From: Azolla caroliniana
Lineage: Eukaryota; Plantae; Polypodiophyta
Length of the DNA: 64,000 bases
Direction: 5' to 3'
NCBI GenBank assembly: GCA_043228905.1
Contig: JBHGNT010000017.1
Span: forward strand, 7,874,001-7,938,000
In this document: positions 49,517 to 61,290 of the stretch, piece by piece
Numbering within the stretch: the stretch's first letter is position 1
How the letters are laid out: every line of letters starts with the position of its first letter
Made by a program: the position numbers and the translations under genes
Notes under the pieces: model-generated
Told to the model about the DNA's origin: nothing
What the model saw: the letters and a program-made list of their open reading frames with translations, nothing else
The model's database searches: none

Positions 49517-50002
49517 TGTTGGGAAACATGTCCCTTCGGATGGGAAGAAAAGAACGAACCAAATCGGATGAAAATCGATTATATAACCGATTCGGGAGAC
49601 TATATTTGTAAATAGTCTAGATGTGCCCATTGAGGTTATATTTATAAATAGTCTGCTATGCATATGAGTATATATACACCTTAGGGCAAGTAGTTAGATA
49701 GAGTGTGTAATAATCATTATTGCTGTAAATAGTTACAGTGAGTAGTTGTCTCTATAACTGTGAGTGAGAGAGAGTGTGAGAGTAGTAACTCTACTGCCGT
49801 CTGTTAGATGAAGACAATCTCAAGGTTGTTGTCTCTGAGTCTCCTTGTACTCTTCTTTGTACACATAGTGATTTTTTTTCTTGGGGTTTGTGGACCCCTG
49901 TGGTTTTTTCCCTTTTCGGGTTTTCCACGTAAAATATCTTGTGTTTATTCTCTTGGTTTTTCGGCAACTTTTTGTTTTTTTGTCTATGCATTAACTTTCT
50001 CA
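49517..50002 (+). mobile_element. Copia-type LTR (solo or 3' LTR), related to the LTR at 60503-61290
   Basis: Start TGTTGGGAAACATGTCCCTTCGGATGGGAAG resembles TGTTCGGAGACAAGTCCCTCCGGATAGGAAG. Shared TATATTTGTAAATAG and GTGGTTTTTCCC..TTTTCCAC blocks. The right end is uncertain. Confidence 0.7.
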
Positions 50003-50304
50003 ATTCTTTGGACCCGAACATACATATGAGTAACCGGTTGTGCCCGGTCATGATCCCAACGTATAAGGCCTCATCCACAATATGGATTGTGTTGGTATAA
50101 GTCAACTTTTGAGTATCCTCTCAACCTCTGTAAGTCTTGACCTTTAATCCCTACAATTTGCACGGGGCACAAATCTACTACTCTCACATATTTCTTGCCG
50201 TTGCATGTACCATTCTACGATGATCCCTTTGATGCAAGCACCAATTTCACGGCCCCTGATTAAGACATGCCCAAGATAGGCAATAGATCGGTTTATTCTT
50301 GCCA

Positions 50305-50382
50305 TAGGGTGAAAATGTAGCCAGATGTTGACTTCCGATTGTCCGTATTTCCGGCATAGTCGGAGTCAGTATAGCCTTCTAT
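50305..50382 (-). mobile_element. Copia RNase H fragment
   Basis: Minus strand translates to GYTDSDYAGNTDNRKSTSGYIFTL. Confidence 0.8.
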
Positions 50383-53300
50383 TGTCCGCCGGAATCGTAA
50401 CCGATGGACAGAAGCACAGAAGTATTATAATATAGTAAAGTGTTAAGAAATGAATGTAACGATTCATGCGGGAAGTGTGAACGGCTAAAAGCCATGTGTA
50501 TATAAAGGGCAGAAATCCTCTGTAAGAGGTAGTGTGTAGTTTTGAGTGCAAGATGTTTTTCTAATAGAATCCTATCTTCTTTGACCTCTGTGTATATCTG
50601 TGTCTATCTACGTGACAGCCCATTTTATCAGGACGACGCTCAACACACGTAATGTGAAAGGGGAAACTGCCGACATGATCATCGAGTGAGCATTACAGCT
50701 TGAGTTGGACGAAGAGGAGGAAGGATTTTCTCTGTCCTCATTATGATAGGCGTTGCCTCTAGATGAGGAACGCCACTTTCGTCGGACTATTCAGTGCACG
50801 ATTTGCCTCAATTCTGGGCATTCCGCGATGGAATGCAATATGCGAATTCACTGCCCAATTTGTCACTCAAAGGCACACACGGTCGAGCAGTGTGAGCACA
50901 ATATGCTGAACAGACCTACGCCCACAGTATGACGTGTAGAACCACATCGACCACCTCGCCAAAATGATCAAAGGAGCCAAGAGGAAAGACCCCGATATAC
51001 GAATCGAAATCGATTGAGCATTACAACTTGAGTTGGACGAAGAGGAGGAAGGATTTTCTCTGTCCTCATTACGACAAGCGATGAGGAACGCCACTTTCGT
51101 CAGGCTATTCAGTGCACGATTTGCCTCAATTCCGGGCATTCCGCGGTGGAATGCAATATGGGAATTCATTGGCCAATTTGTCACTCAAAGGCACACACAG
51201 TCGAGCAGTGTGAGTACAATATGCTGAACAGACCTACATCCACAGTACGATGCGTAGAACCATAGCGACCACCTCGCCGAAATGATCAAAGGCGCCAAGA
51301 GGAACAACCCCGATATACGAATCGAAATCCACGTGATGACCGATACTACTGTAATCGCCGGGATAACAACGACTCCGATGAAGAGGAGCTGGAGGACGAA
51401 GAATATCGGGGCAACCACTAGTATAATAAAGGGGGGTTTCATTACGACAACCACCATTTGATGAACAGGCGTGGTGGATTCAATGGGCCTCGCTCACAAG
51501 GAAAGCATCGATAATATAGGGACCAACGGCGTTACGACAAAAGTTTGGTGGATGACTGGCGCCAGGAGTCACGCAGGGACCAACCGCAAACACCCCGGAA
51601 TTCCAGAAGAATGCAGCAAGACCAGGAGGAGCCAGTGACGCTTGGGGATAGGAATCCGCCGCCAACTGCAGAGAAAGGAGAGTCCAACATACATTGTTTC
51701 GTCTGCCAATAGCCCGAACACTACGCAACTCAATGTCCTCTGCGCAAGGGCAAAGGACCAGCCGTAAATACAATTACGACGGAAGTTCAATAGGTCACGA
51801 CACGACAACAAACAAGGAATGCGGACTGGGCTGCACAAGATGAGTTACGCAAATTGGCCCAAGCATGGGTAGAAAAAGCAAATGCGGAAAATACGATGCG
51901 TATGCGTCAGGAGTCTGCAACCAATGTGGGGCCGATAGAAGAAAACATAATATCATCAGACTCCATATGGAAGCACTAGCAGGCTGCGAAATAACCATGA
52001 CCATGGAAAAACTCCTTCAACTAGTTCCACGATTCCGGCAGGCCGTAGAAAATCGCATAACAGGCAGGCCTGGTATAAATGTGTCAACAAATCTTGCCGA
52101 AACTAGCGCCGGACCAACAGTGGTGGATCACCACAATCCAGCCATTAAACTAGTACTACACGGGTAGGAAATAACAGGCGGTATAATTGACGGGGGCTTG
52201 GGTGTTAATGTGATTAGTGCCAAAACATGTGAACAATTAGGAATTTCGGAATGGGAAGCTTGCTCCTTTTGGCTTCGCATGGCGGATACCCGATCTGTCA
52301 GACCGTTAGGGTTAATCCAGAAACTCTGCATCGTCATTGGCGGTCACCGCTTTGACATCTCGGCGGTAGTACTCGCACTCGATGTTCTGTGAGCGTACCC
52401 AATACTACTTGGCAGACCTTGGCTTCGTTTGGCTAACATCAAACAGAGCTGGCAACATAATTGTATCATTTTCCGACGAGGACGCAACAAAGTTTGCGTA
52501 CCCACAAGAGAAATGACGGCGCAACCCAAAGGAATGACACCATTGTATGCGGAATACATAAATATGCTGGAAGGAGTGGATGATACAGAGCTAGAAGCAT
52601 ACCTGGATGAGCACCCGCAAATCATCCCGCTATTCGGAATTGACGTAATAGAAACACGACGGAATACACTACTCCCACTATAGTTCACGAAGAGGCTTAT
52701 GAACCGGACCCAAAGTTGATAATGGAATTAAACCGAGCACGGGCCACATTCGAGAAGGAAATGGAAATTTCATGACGAGTCACTACCTCAACGTTGGAAG
52801 AAGTTAACGTAAGAACGACGACGGATCCCCCCTGGATTACTCTCCATCGGAAAAGACTTACTACCAGATCAGAAAGAGGCAATGTTAGCCCTGCTCAAGG
52901 AATATAAAGATGTGTTCGTGTGGTCCCATGAAGACATGAAGGGATTGGATCCAAAATTCTACCAACATAAGATCAATTTGGCTACCGATGCGAAACCTGT
53001 TCAGCAACGTTGATACCGAATGAACCCGAATTAAGCGGATCGCGTAAAAGAAGAAATTGACAAACTTCTCAAGGCTAGATTCATTCAACCAGTCAAGCAA
53101 GGAATGTGGCTGAGCCCGATAGTCATAATTCCGAAGAAAAATGGAAAAATCTGCGTTTGCATAGACTATTGGAAATTGAACGCCGTAACTATTACAGATG
53201 TGTTTCCCTTACCTTTCACCGACAGTGTACTGGACGCAATCGCAGGGCATGATGTGTATAGTTTTCTAGACGGCATTAGTGGATACAATCAAGTACGCAT

Positions 53301-56300
53301 GCATCATGACGACGAAGAGAAGATGACGTTTGTCACTGACTAGGGAGTTTATGTCACGGTAGTCATGATGTTCAGTTTAAAGACGGCGCCTGCTACATTC
53401 CAATAGACAATTACGGAAATTTTTGGGGATTACATACCCGCCTTCATGCAAGTCTTTCTGGATGATTTCGTGGTGTATGGGACAACAGCCGACCATCTGA
53501 GTCATTTACGACTGTGTTTGGAGCACTGCCAGGCTGCACGCTTAAGCCTGAATCCAGCCAAATGCGCATTCGGCGTCACAAGTGGAGTGCTCCTCGGCCA
53601 CATCGTCAACAAAGAGGGGATAACGGTGGATCCTAATAAAATTTCCGCGATCATTCAAGCAAAAACGCCGACAACTGCCAAAGCACTCAGCCGTTTTCTG
53701 GGACAAATACGCTGGCATATTCGTATGTTACAGTATTTGGCGGATTTCACCACGCCGTTACATGCCGCCATCCACCATCCACCTTTCAGTTGGACGGCAA
53801 TGGAAGAAAAAGCGTACAATGCGCTTAAAATAATGCTGACTCAAGCACTAGTCATACAACCACCAGATTGGGGGAAACCATTTCACGTTTTTGTAGACGC
53901 CTCAAACATAGTAATAGGTAGCGCGTTGATGCAGCTCACGGAGCCGAATTGGTACAGACCGGTGTATTACGCCAATAGGAAGGTAACAAAGGCAGAGCGT
54001 AACTACTCCACAATAGAATGAGAAGCGTTGGGGATGATATACAACATCAATAAATTCCGACATTATCTATTGGGGCGGCAATTTATGTTTCACGTGGACC
54101 ATACAACGTTGCTATACCTGGTGGGGAAGTAGGCGCTAATAGGAAAATTGGCTAGATGGATGCTATTGCTCCAGGAGTTCGACTTTGTTATACATCATCG
54201 ACCTGGTACGCAACACGCTGTAGCAGATTTCTTAAGCAGGATAGATAATGGAGAAATTGTGCGGAAAGATGGCGACGACTTTCCTGATGTAAACATCTTG
54301 CGTATTGCAACTATAGCGACACGTACGGAAAAATCTTTTCCAGATCGTTGGTTGATGGAGATGACATTCTTTTTGACCACAGGATTACTACCGCCGCAAT
54401 TAAGGACAGACGAAAAGAAATGATTAGCCGTCTGAAGTGGTAACTTCTATTTGGTCGACAGGGTCTTGTATGACAAAGGGAGCGACGGAATCTGGCGACG
54501 CGGAATACGCCAGGATGAGAAGGAAGCGGTTTTGTGTGAAGCTCACTGTGGTACGACAAGAGGACACTACGCGGGCGATGTTACAGCTCGTAAAGTCTGG
54601 CAAGCCGGCCTATGGTGGCCGACTATGCAAAAGGATGTGTATGAATATTGCAAACAATGTGATCCGTGTCAACGGATGGGCCAACCCACGGAGGTCGCAA
54701 GGATGCCACATCAACCAGTGTTGCCGTTGGATCCATTCCAGAAATGGGGACTTGATTTCGTGGGGCCGTTTACACCAGCGGTAGCTCAGACTGGCAATAA
54801 ATATATACTTGTGGCTACTGATTATTGCACCAAGTGGGTGGAAGCGAAAGCACTACGAGAAAATACCGCGGCAGTGACGGCGAAATTTCTTTATGAACAC
54901 ATCTGGTGTTGTTTTGGCTGCCCCATCGAGCTCATCAGCGACCAAGGGAGCCACTTTTTGAATTCGGTCATCCGGGAGCTAACACAACAGTATGTCGTTG
55001 TCCACAAGAAGAGCACACCGTATTACCCACAGGCGAATGGTTTAGCGGAGTCCACGAACAAAACATTACAAACCATACTGAAAAAGATCGTCAATGAGAA
55101 CAGAACAGATTGGGATACCAAATTACACAATGCATTATGGGCGTACCGAACCAACTATAAGACCATCATACAATCCATGCCTTTCCGGCTAGCATTTGGG
55201 CTGGAGGCCGTAATGCCAGTCGAATTTCAGGTACCCAGTTTGCGGATTCAAGTACGTGACCGGCTATCAGAAGACAAATCCGAACAAATACGGCTACAAC
55301 AATTGCTTGAACTAGGCAAGACACGATTACGAAGCATGGCCACACTAGAACAAGAGCAGCGTCGGTGTAAAGCATTCGTGGACCGGCAACGAAATGCGCG
55401 TGAAAAAGATTTTGCGGTCGGCAAAGTGGTCTTAGTCTTTCAAACACGGATGGGGCAAATGCCAAGTAAATTAAGATTCCACTGGACGGGGCTGTACTGG
55501 ATAGTTGGCGCGGAAAACGACACGTTTCAACTAGGCACCTTGGCCGGAGAAGTATTACGGCAAAAGGTGAATGGGTTTCGACTAAAACCCTACCTGGGAC
55601 CGGTGCCACCAAACCCGTTCCACGCCGTAAACCACACTGCCGAGGAATCCGCGGATTAATTACAAGGAACCCACTTGTATCCCTCATGCGGAAACCATGC
55701 AAAGATATTTCAAGGCATATTTGGTGTTCGCCAAAGCATACAGGACGAAGGAAATCCTTGACCCCTTCTTTCGAGAAATAGCCAAGTTCTTGCTAGAGGT
55801 AGGATGCGTGCATGTAAATGCCTATGGGATGCCAAAGCAGAAGGCAGGCATCATCATTGATACCTTCGAAGGGCGCGTGGTCTATTGGGGGGTAATTACA
55901 GGACCAACTTTACGGGAAGGCTTGCACGCGTATTAGGGTGGCAAAAAGCTAAGGCCTATCATACAACAATATCTGACTATACTATTTCCACCCTGAGGTC
56001 TGCCCGCACCACAACCCAACAAACCCACGCCGCCGCCACGTTTCGCAAAACGGAGGTTAGCGGAGTTGGCTACCATAGAATGGGAAGCTGAACCACAATC
56101 TTCCTAGCCCAACACGTGGACAACACGGAGAACGGTTGGGAAGCAGGGACGAAGCTCTGCAAGAGCAGGAAGCCGAGCAACGCCAGGAAAGCCCGAGGCC
56201 GAAACGGCGTAGGCTGGAGAGGAAAGATGGGCATGGACTAGTCAAAGACACAACCGCAGACAAAGACACAACCACAGACACAACCACGACCGCCTTGGTC

Positions 56301-59300
56301 GACAGTTCTACAACTACGGATCCCAACACCACTTTCGAAATAATCCGGGAACCACGGCCGATCATTATGGCCCAGTCGCAATGTGGGAAAGGCGTACTCA
56401 TGGCGGAAAATGAAGTCCTAGAGTACTTGGACATCCCGGATACAACCCATGAGTTCGGTGCGCTACTACAATTTGGAACAACTTACGAACTCATGGAATT
56501 TTTGGCAATGCAACAAATCAAGGTATCGTAGAGAATGGCGGAGGAGCACGCAGAACAATAGATGATTGAGCGAGCTCTCACATAAACAACGGAAAGTGAG
56601 GATGAAGGGCCCCTAGCCAAGGTAGGCAGGCAACAGAATGCGGGGATTCGGCATATGGGCATTGAACTACCTCCATTGAATGCGACCCTAGTTGAGGTAC
56701 ATTGGGAATTGGCTAGAGTGAGTGTGGGGGCCAAGGATATGGCTAACAAGAATAAAAACTTGTGGAAAACAGTCAAGATGACTCAAGACCAATTACAGAA
56801 GGCCCAAGAGCGCATTACGAAGCTCGAACACAGCATCACTAGGGCACCGCAAAATCCCGAACCAGGTGTCGAATACGAGTGTATAATGGCCGTATTCACA
56901 TTGTCCCTTTGGACAACCCAAGTTTGGGCCATTTCTGTAAATAGCATAAAGGGCAGTTGCCCTAGGATAGTCACTATATAAAGTGACTTTGTAACCCTTA
57001 GTAAAAGGGTTGGTTGTCATTTGTAACTGTTGCTATTAAGAAATAAAATTCTTTTTTTTGCCTATCTATGTGTGTGTACCTTGTTCATTCTCATACAAAG
57101 GTCCTTCAACATCACATATGTTGTTTGTTCTTCTGCACTGACAACCTTGTCCCCAACATTTGGTATCAGAGCGTTGGAGGTTCTTCAACCTGCTGTCGTC
57201 CGTCATAGTATACCACACAACACTATGTTTCTGTTTTCTTGAAGAACAGAGAAGAGAGAAGACAAACAAGAAGTTTGCATCTCACTGTGTTAAATCACTA
57301 CTTGGAGTAAGCTAGCCGGCTGTACTCTGTTCCTGTGATTGTAACCACTTAAGGTGAGCTCCTTGTGCAACACCCGATCCAATCGTGCTTCATTTGGTTA
57401 AACAACATCCGAATAGGTCACCAGACGTTATTCACCCGCTTGCTATAACCATCCGCTGCAGATTGGTCTCCAGGAAACAATCAAATTCGTGCTTCATTCG
57501 GCTGATCGACATTCGGGAGGATCAGTTGGATCCGTCCCTCTCATCGCTGCAGTCATCTGAAGCAGAACAAGCCTAAATAATCGGTTTCTTGTGATCGGTA
57601 TTCGGCATACAATCGGAAGCTAACCGGAGTCACTCCAAGAAGGTTTAGCAAACAAGTATCCGAAACCAAACCGACTTGGGTTCATGACCGACTAGAGCGA
57701 TATCGGGTGAGCCGACCAGCTGCACCCAACTAAGGTTCCTAGTCAACTCTGAACAGAGTCTTACCAACCGAAACCGAATCAGATGGCATCAACATCCGGC
57801 TCATCGGAGATGAGTCTAAGGAGGTTCGACGGTTCGAACATCAACTTCTGGAAGGAACAAATGCAGGACTATCTCATAGTCAAGGGTTAGATAGACCCGA
57901 TTGAGAATGAAAATCCTCCAGAAGCATACAAGGCAAACGAGTGGCTAAAGCTGGACAGAATCGTCCACGCCACGATTTAGATGCACTTGTCGGAGTCAGT
58001 GTACTTCATAGTGCAATCATGCTCGACAACTTTTGAACTTTGGAAAACACTGTCGGAAACTTATGAAAAGAAGTTTGCCGCAACGAAGATGTATCTGATT
58101 CGGCGCCTCTACAACTTGCGGATGAAAGAATCCAATTTGGTTTAGGCACACCTCAACGATTACGAAAGCCTAAGCTCCCAAATATCGTCTAAAGGAACGG
58201 CAATAGAGGATGAACTCAGAGCAATGATACTCATGAGTAGTCTCCCCTCTTCTTGGGAAACTTTCGTCACAACCGTGTGCAATGCTTCAACAACTGCCAT
58301 TAAGTACTCCGAAATCACGAGCGCAATCTTGACTAAAGTAGCTCGGAGAAAGTCTTTCGCCAAAGACTCGGTAGATGAAGCTTACGTAGTACAAGGTTCG
58401 ACCGACCGATCGAACAACCGGAGAAGAAGTTCTTCCCGACCGCCGAACAATCAGCGAAGCCGGAGCAAGTCCCAGGACAACCGAATCTGCAACTACTGCA
58501 AGAAACCGAGACACATCAAAGCTAACTGCCGGGCACTCAAAGCAATAACCAACAAACCTCAGAGAGCGGATCAGAAGAGTAGTCGGCATGAGGAGGTCAA
58601 CTACATCGGCTCTTCAGCCGAAATTTTGATGACCGACCCGAACATACTGTCCATAGAGAACCTAGTCGAATCAGAAGTTCTACTTACGACTGAGGAATCG
58701 AGCACATGGCTCCTGGACTCGGGCGCATCATATCATGTGACACCTCATCGATCTCAGTTTCAGCAATACTCGAACTGGCACTCCGACTCAGTTCGAATCG
58801 GGAAATCGCAACACTGTGCCATAATCGGAATCGGCACCATAGAGGTCAACCTTCCGGGTGGCTCTACACTCGTACTACACAACGTCCGATACGTTCATGA
58901 GCTTTCAAGACCCCTGATCTCAGTCGGACAACTTGACAAAGCTGGCATCCATGCCAAGTTCTCATCAGGAGGGTGGACACTCCACAAAAGGAACCTCCTG
59001 CTTGCTGAGAACCAAAGGTACACTCTTTGTACCCTTTATATGTCACACTCAAAGAGGGTGACTTATTTTTTGTTGATATCCCCGTGTCATTGTTATGGCA
59101 CGGACGAGTTGGACACCTCAGCAAGGCCGGCATAACGCACCTATCCAGAGCCGGTTACATCCCCAAGCTCTCCTTCTCGGATCACCAATTCTACGAGCAT
59201 TGCCAGTATGGCAAACAGGTAGCCACATCACACCCGACATCAGCACCAAGAGAATCGAGTCCCCTCGATTTGGTCCACTCGGATGTCTGTGCCTCGATGC

Positions 59301-60393
59301 CACATCAGTCTATCGGCAGTGCTTCGTACTTCGTCAGTTTTATTGACGAATCGACTCGGAAGGTGTGGGCTTACCCCATTAGAACCAAAGATTGGGTGTT
59401 CTTGATCTTCTCCAAATGGCTTGCAATGGTCGAAAACTAGGACGGTCGGAAACTAAAATGTCTCCGAACCGATAATGGAGGAGAATTCCAGTCTGACAAA
59501 TTCATCAAATTTTGCCGGGAATGCGGCATTCGACGTAAATATACGGCACCCTATAGTCCGGAGCAAAACGGAATTGCTGAATGCATGAATCAGACGATTC
59601 AAGAACGCATAGTATCCATGCTCCAACACTTCGGACTGTCGGATGGCTTCTGGGCAGAGGCTCTACTTACGGCAGGACACATAATAAATATGTCGCCAAG
59701 TAGACAACTAGGACTTAAAATATCTCAGGAAACATGGATTGGCAGTAAGCCGAATTATGACAAGCTGAGGATCTTCGGTTGCGAGGCGTATGCTCTCATA
59801 CCAAAAGACGACCGCCGGAAACTCAAACCAAGATCAAGGAAATGTGTTTTCCTTGGATATGGACCCGACGGCGAGATCAGATACCGACTCTAGGACCCCG
59901 ATCACAGACAAATCGTCCGAAGTTCGGACGTCGTGTTCAACGAGTCGACTATGCACAAAACGGCCGAAAGGCCTATTGAAGTCCGAAGGGTAATATTTTC
60001 CGAAGTGCCAACCCTTCATGAAGGCCCAACCCACAACACGAGATCGGTTTCACAGGTAACCGACACCTCCTGTCCTGAATCCACCGATTCAGCACAACCG
60101 AATGGCTCGGCTTCCGACCATCCGACACCTATACCCGGTGCAACCAGTCCAATCATACCTCGAAGATCTGAGAGACTATCGCAATCTCCGGAAAGGTACT
60201 CTCCCGGAATTTTCTTCACCGACGCTGGTGAACCGACATCTTATGAAGAAGCATCGGCATCTGCCGACTCAAACACCTGGCATTTGGCGATGGAGTCGAA
60301 AATGCACTCCATTTGTGCAAACAAGACTTGGGACTTGGTCGAATTACCAAAGAATCGACGTGCTCTTCCGTGTAAGTGGGTCTATCGACTAAA

Positions 60394-61290
60394 AGCATGT
60401 CCCTCATCTTCGACTTCCACACTGAATAGTTGGAGCCGGTGAGCTTGAACATGCCGCCAAATGATTCGTCCATTTTCTGTGTTGTTTCGCTCTGATACCA
60501 CTTGACGAGAACTGCACGCTCCCTATACGCAACGCTCGGCCACAACCGAACTTAAATCATACACAGAAAACGGGATATAAAGCACGACACAAAGAAGAGA
60601 CGAGTACGCAGGATGTTTATGTGGAAAACTCAAACTAAGGGAAAAACCACGGTAGCCCACAGGCTGCAAACTATCACTATGTTAGAATGTACAACAGTAA
60701 GTTCACGGAGGCAACGACCTCGTGCTCACGATCCTTGGCATAGGCGGCGGTTACAATAGAGGCAACGACCTCTTTCTCTCTCTCTCTCTCTCTGTACACA
60801 GTTACGCGCTCTCTCTTTTCTTGCACCAACAAGAATAACAATCGTTAACTAAAAGTTTGCCCTAAGTCATATTTATACTAATATGACTTTTCGGCTATTT
60901 ACAAATATAGCGATGATGGACTCTCATAAACATATTTACTAATATGTCTCTTCATCCGGTGAGCACTCCTCACCGGGTCTGCACCATCCGGCTCTTCGTA
61001 GTTGGGTACTCCTCATCCGGTCCTCATCGGGTTTGCACCATCCGGCTCTCCGTAGGCGGGTACTCCTCATCCGGTCCTCACCGGGTTTGCACCATCCGGC
61101 TCTCCGTAGGCGGGTACTCCTCATCCGGTCCTCACCGGGTCTGCACCATCTGGCTCTCCGTAGCCGGGTACTCCTCATCCGGTTCTCACTGGGTCTGCGC
61201 CATCCGGCTCTCCGTAGCCGGGTACTCCTCATACGGTTTCGAAGGGATTGTTCTTCTCCCTTCCTATCCGGAGGGACTTGTCTCCGAACA
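60394..61290 (-). mobile_element. Nested antisense copia remnant: 5' LTR (60503-61290), PBS (60489-60500) and gag start; replaces most of the host RT
   Basis: GCTCTGATACCA next to the LTR. gag MDESFGGMFKLTGSNYSVWKSKMRDML. The host ORF jumps from KWVYRLK to HIRRVLERF. Confidence 0.88.
60950..61232. repeat. 54-bp tandem repeat (about 5 copies) in U3 of the nested copia LTR
   Basis: Unit GGGTACTCCTCATCCGGTCCTCACCGGGTTTGCACCATCCGGCTCTCCGTAGGC. Confidence 0.9.
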
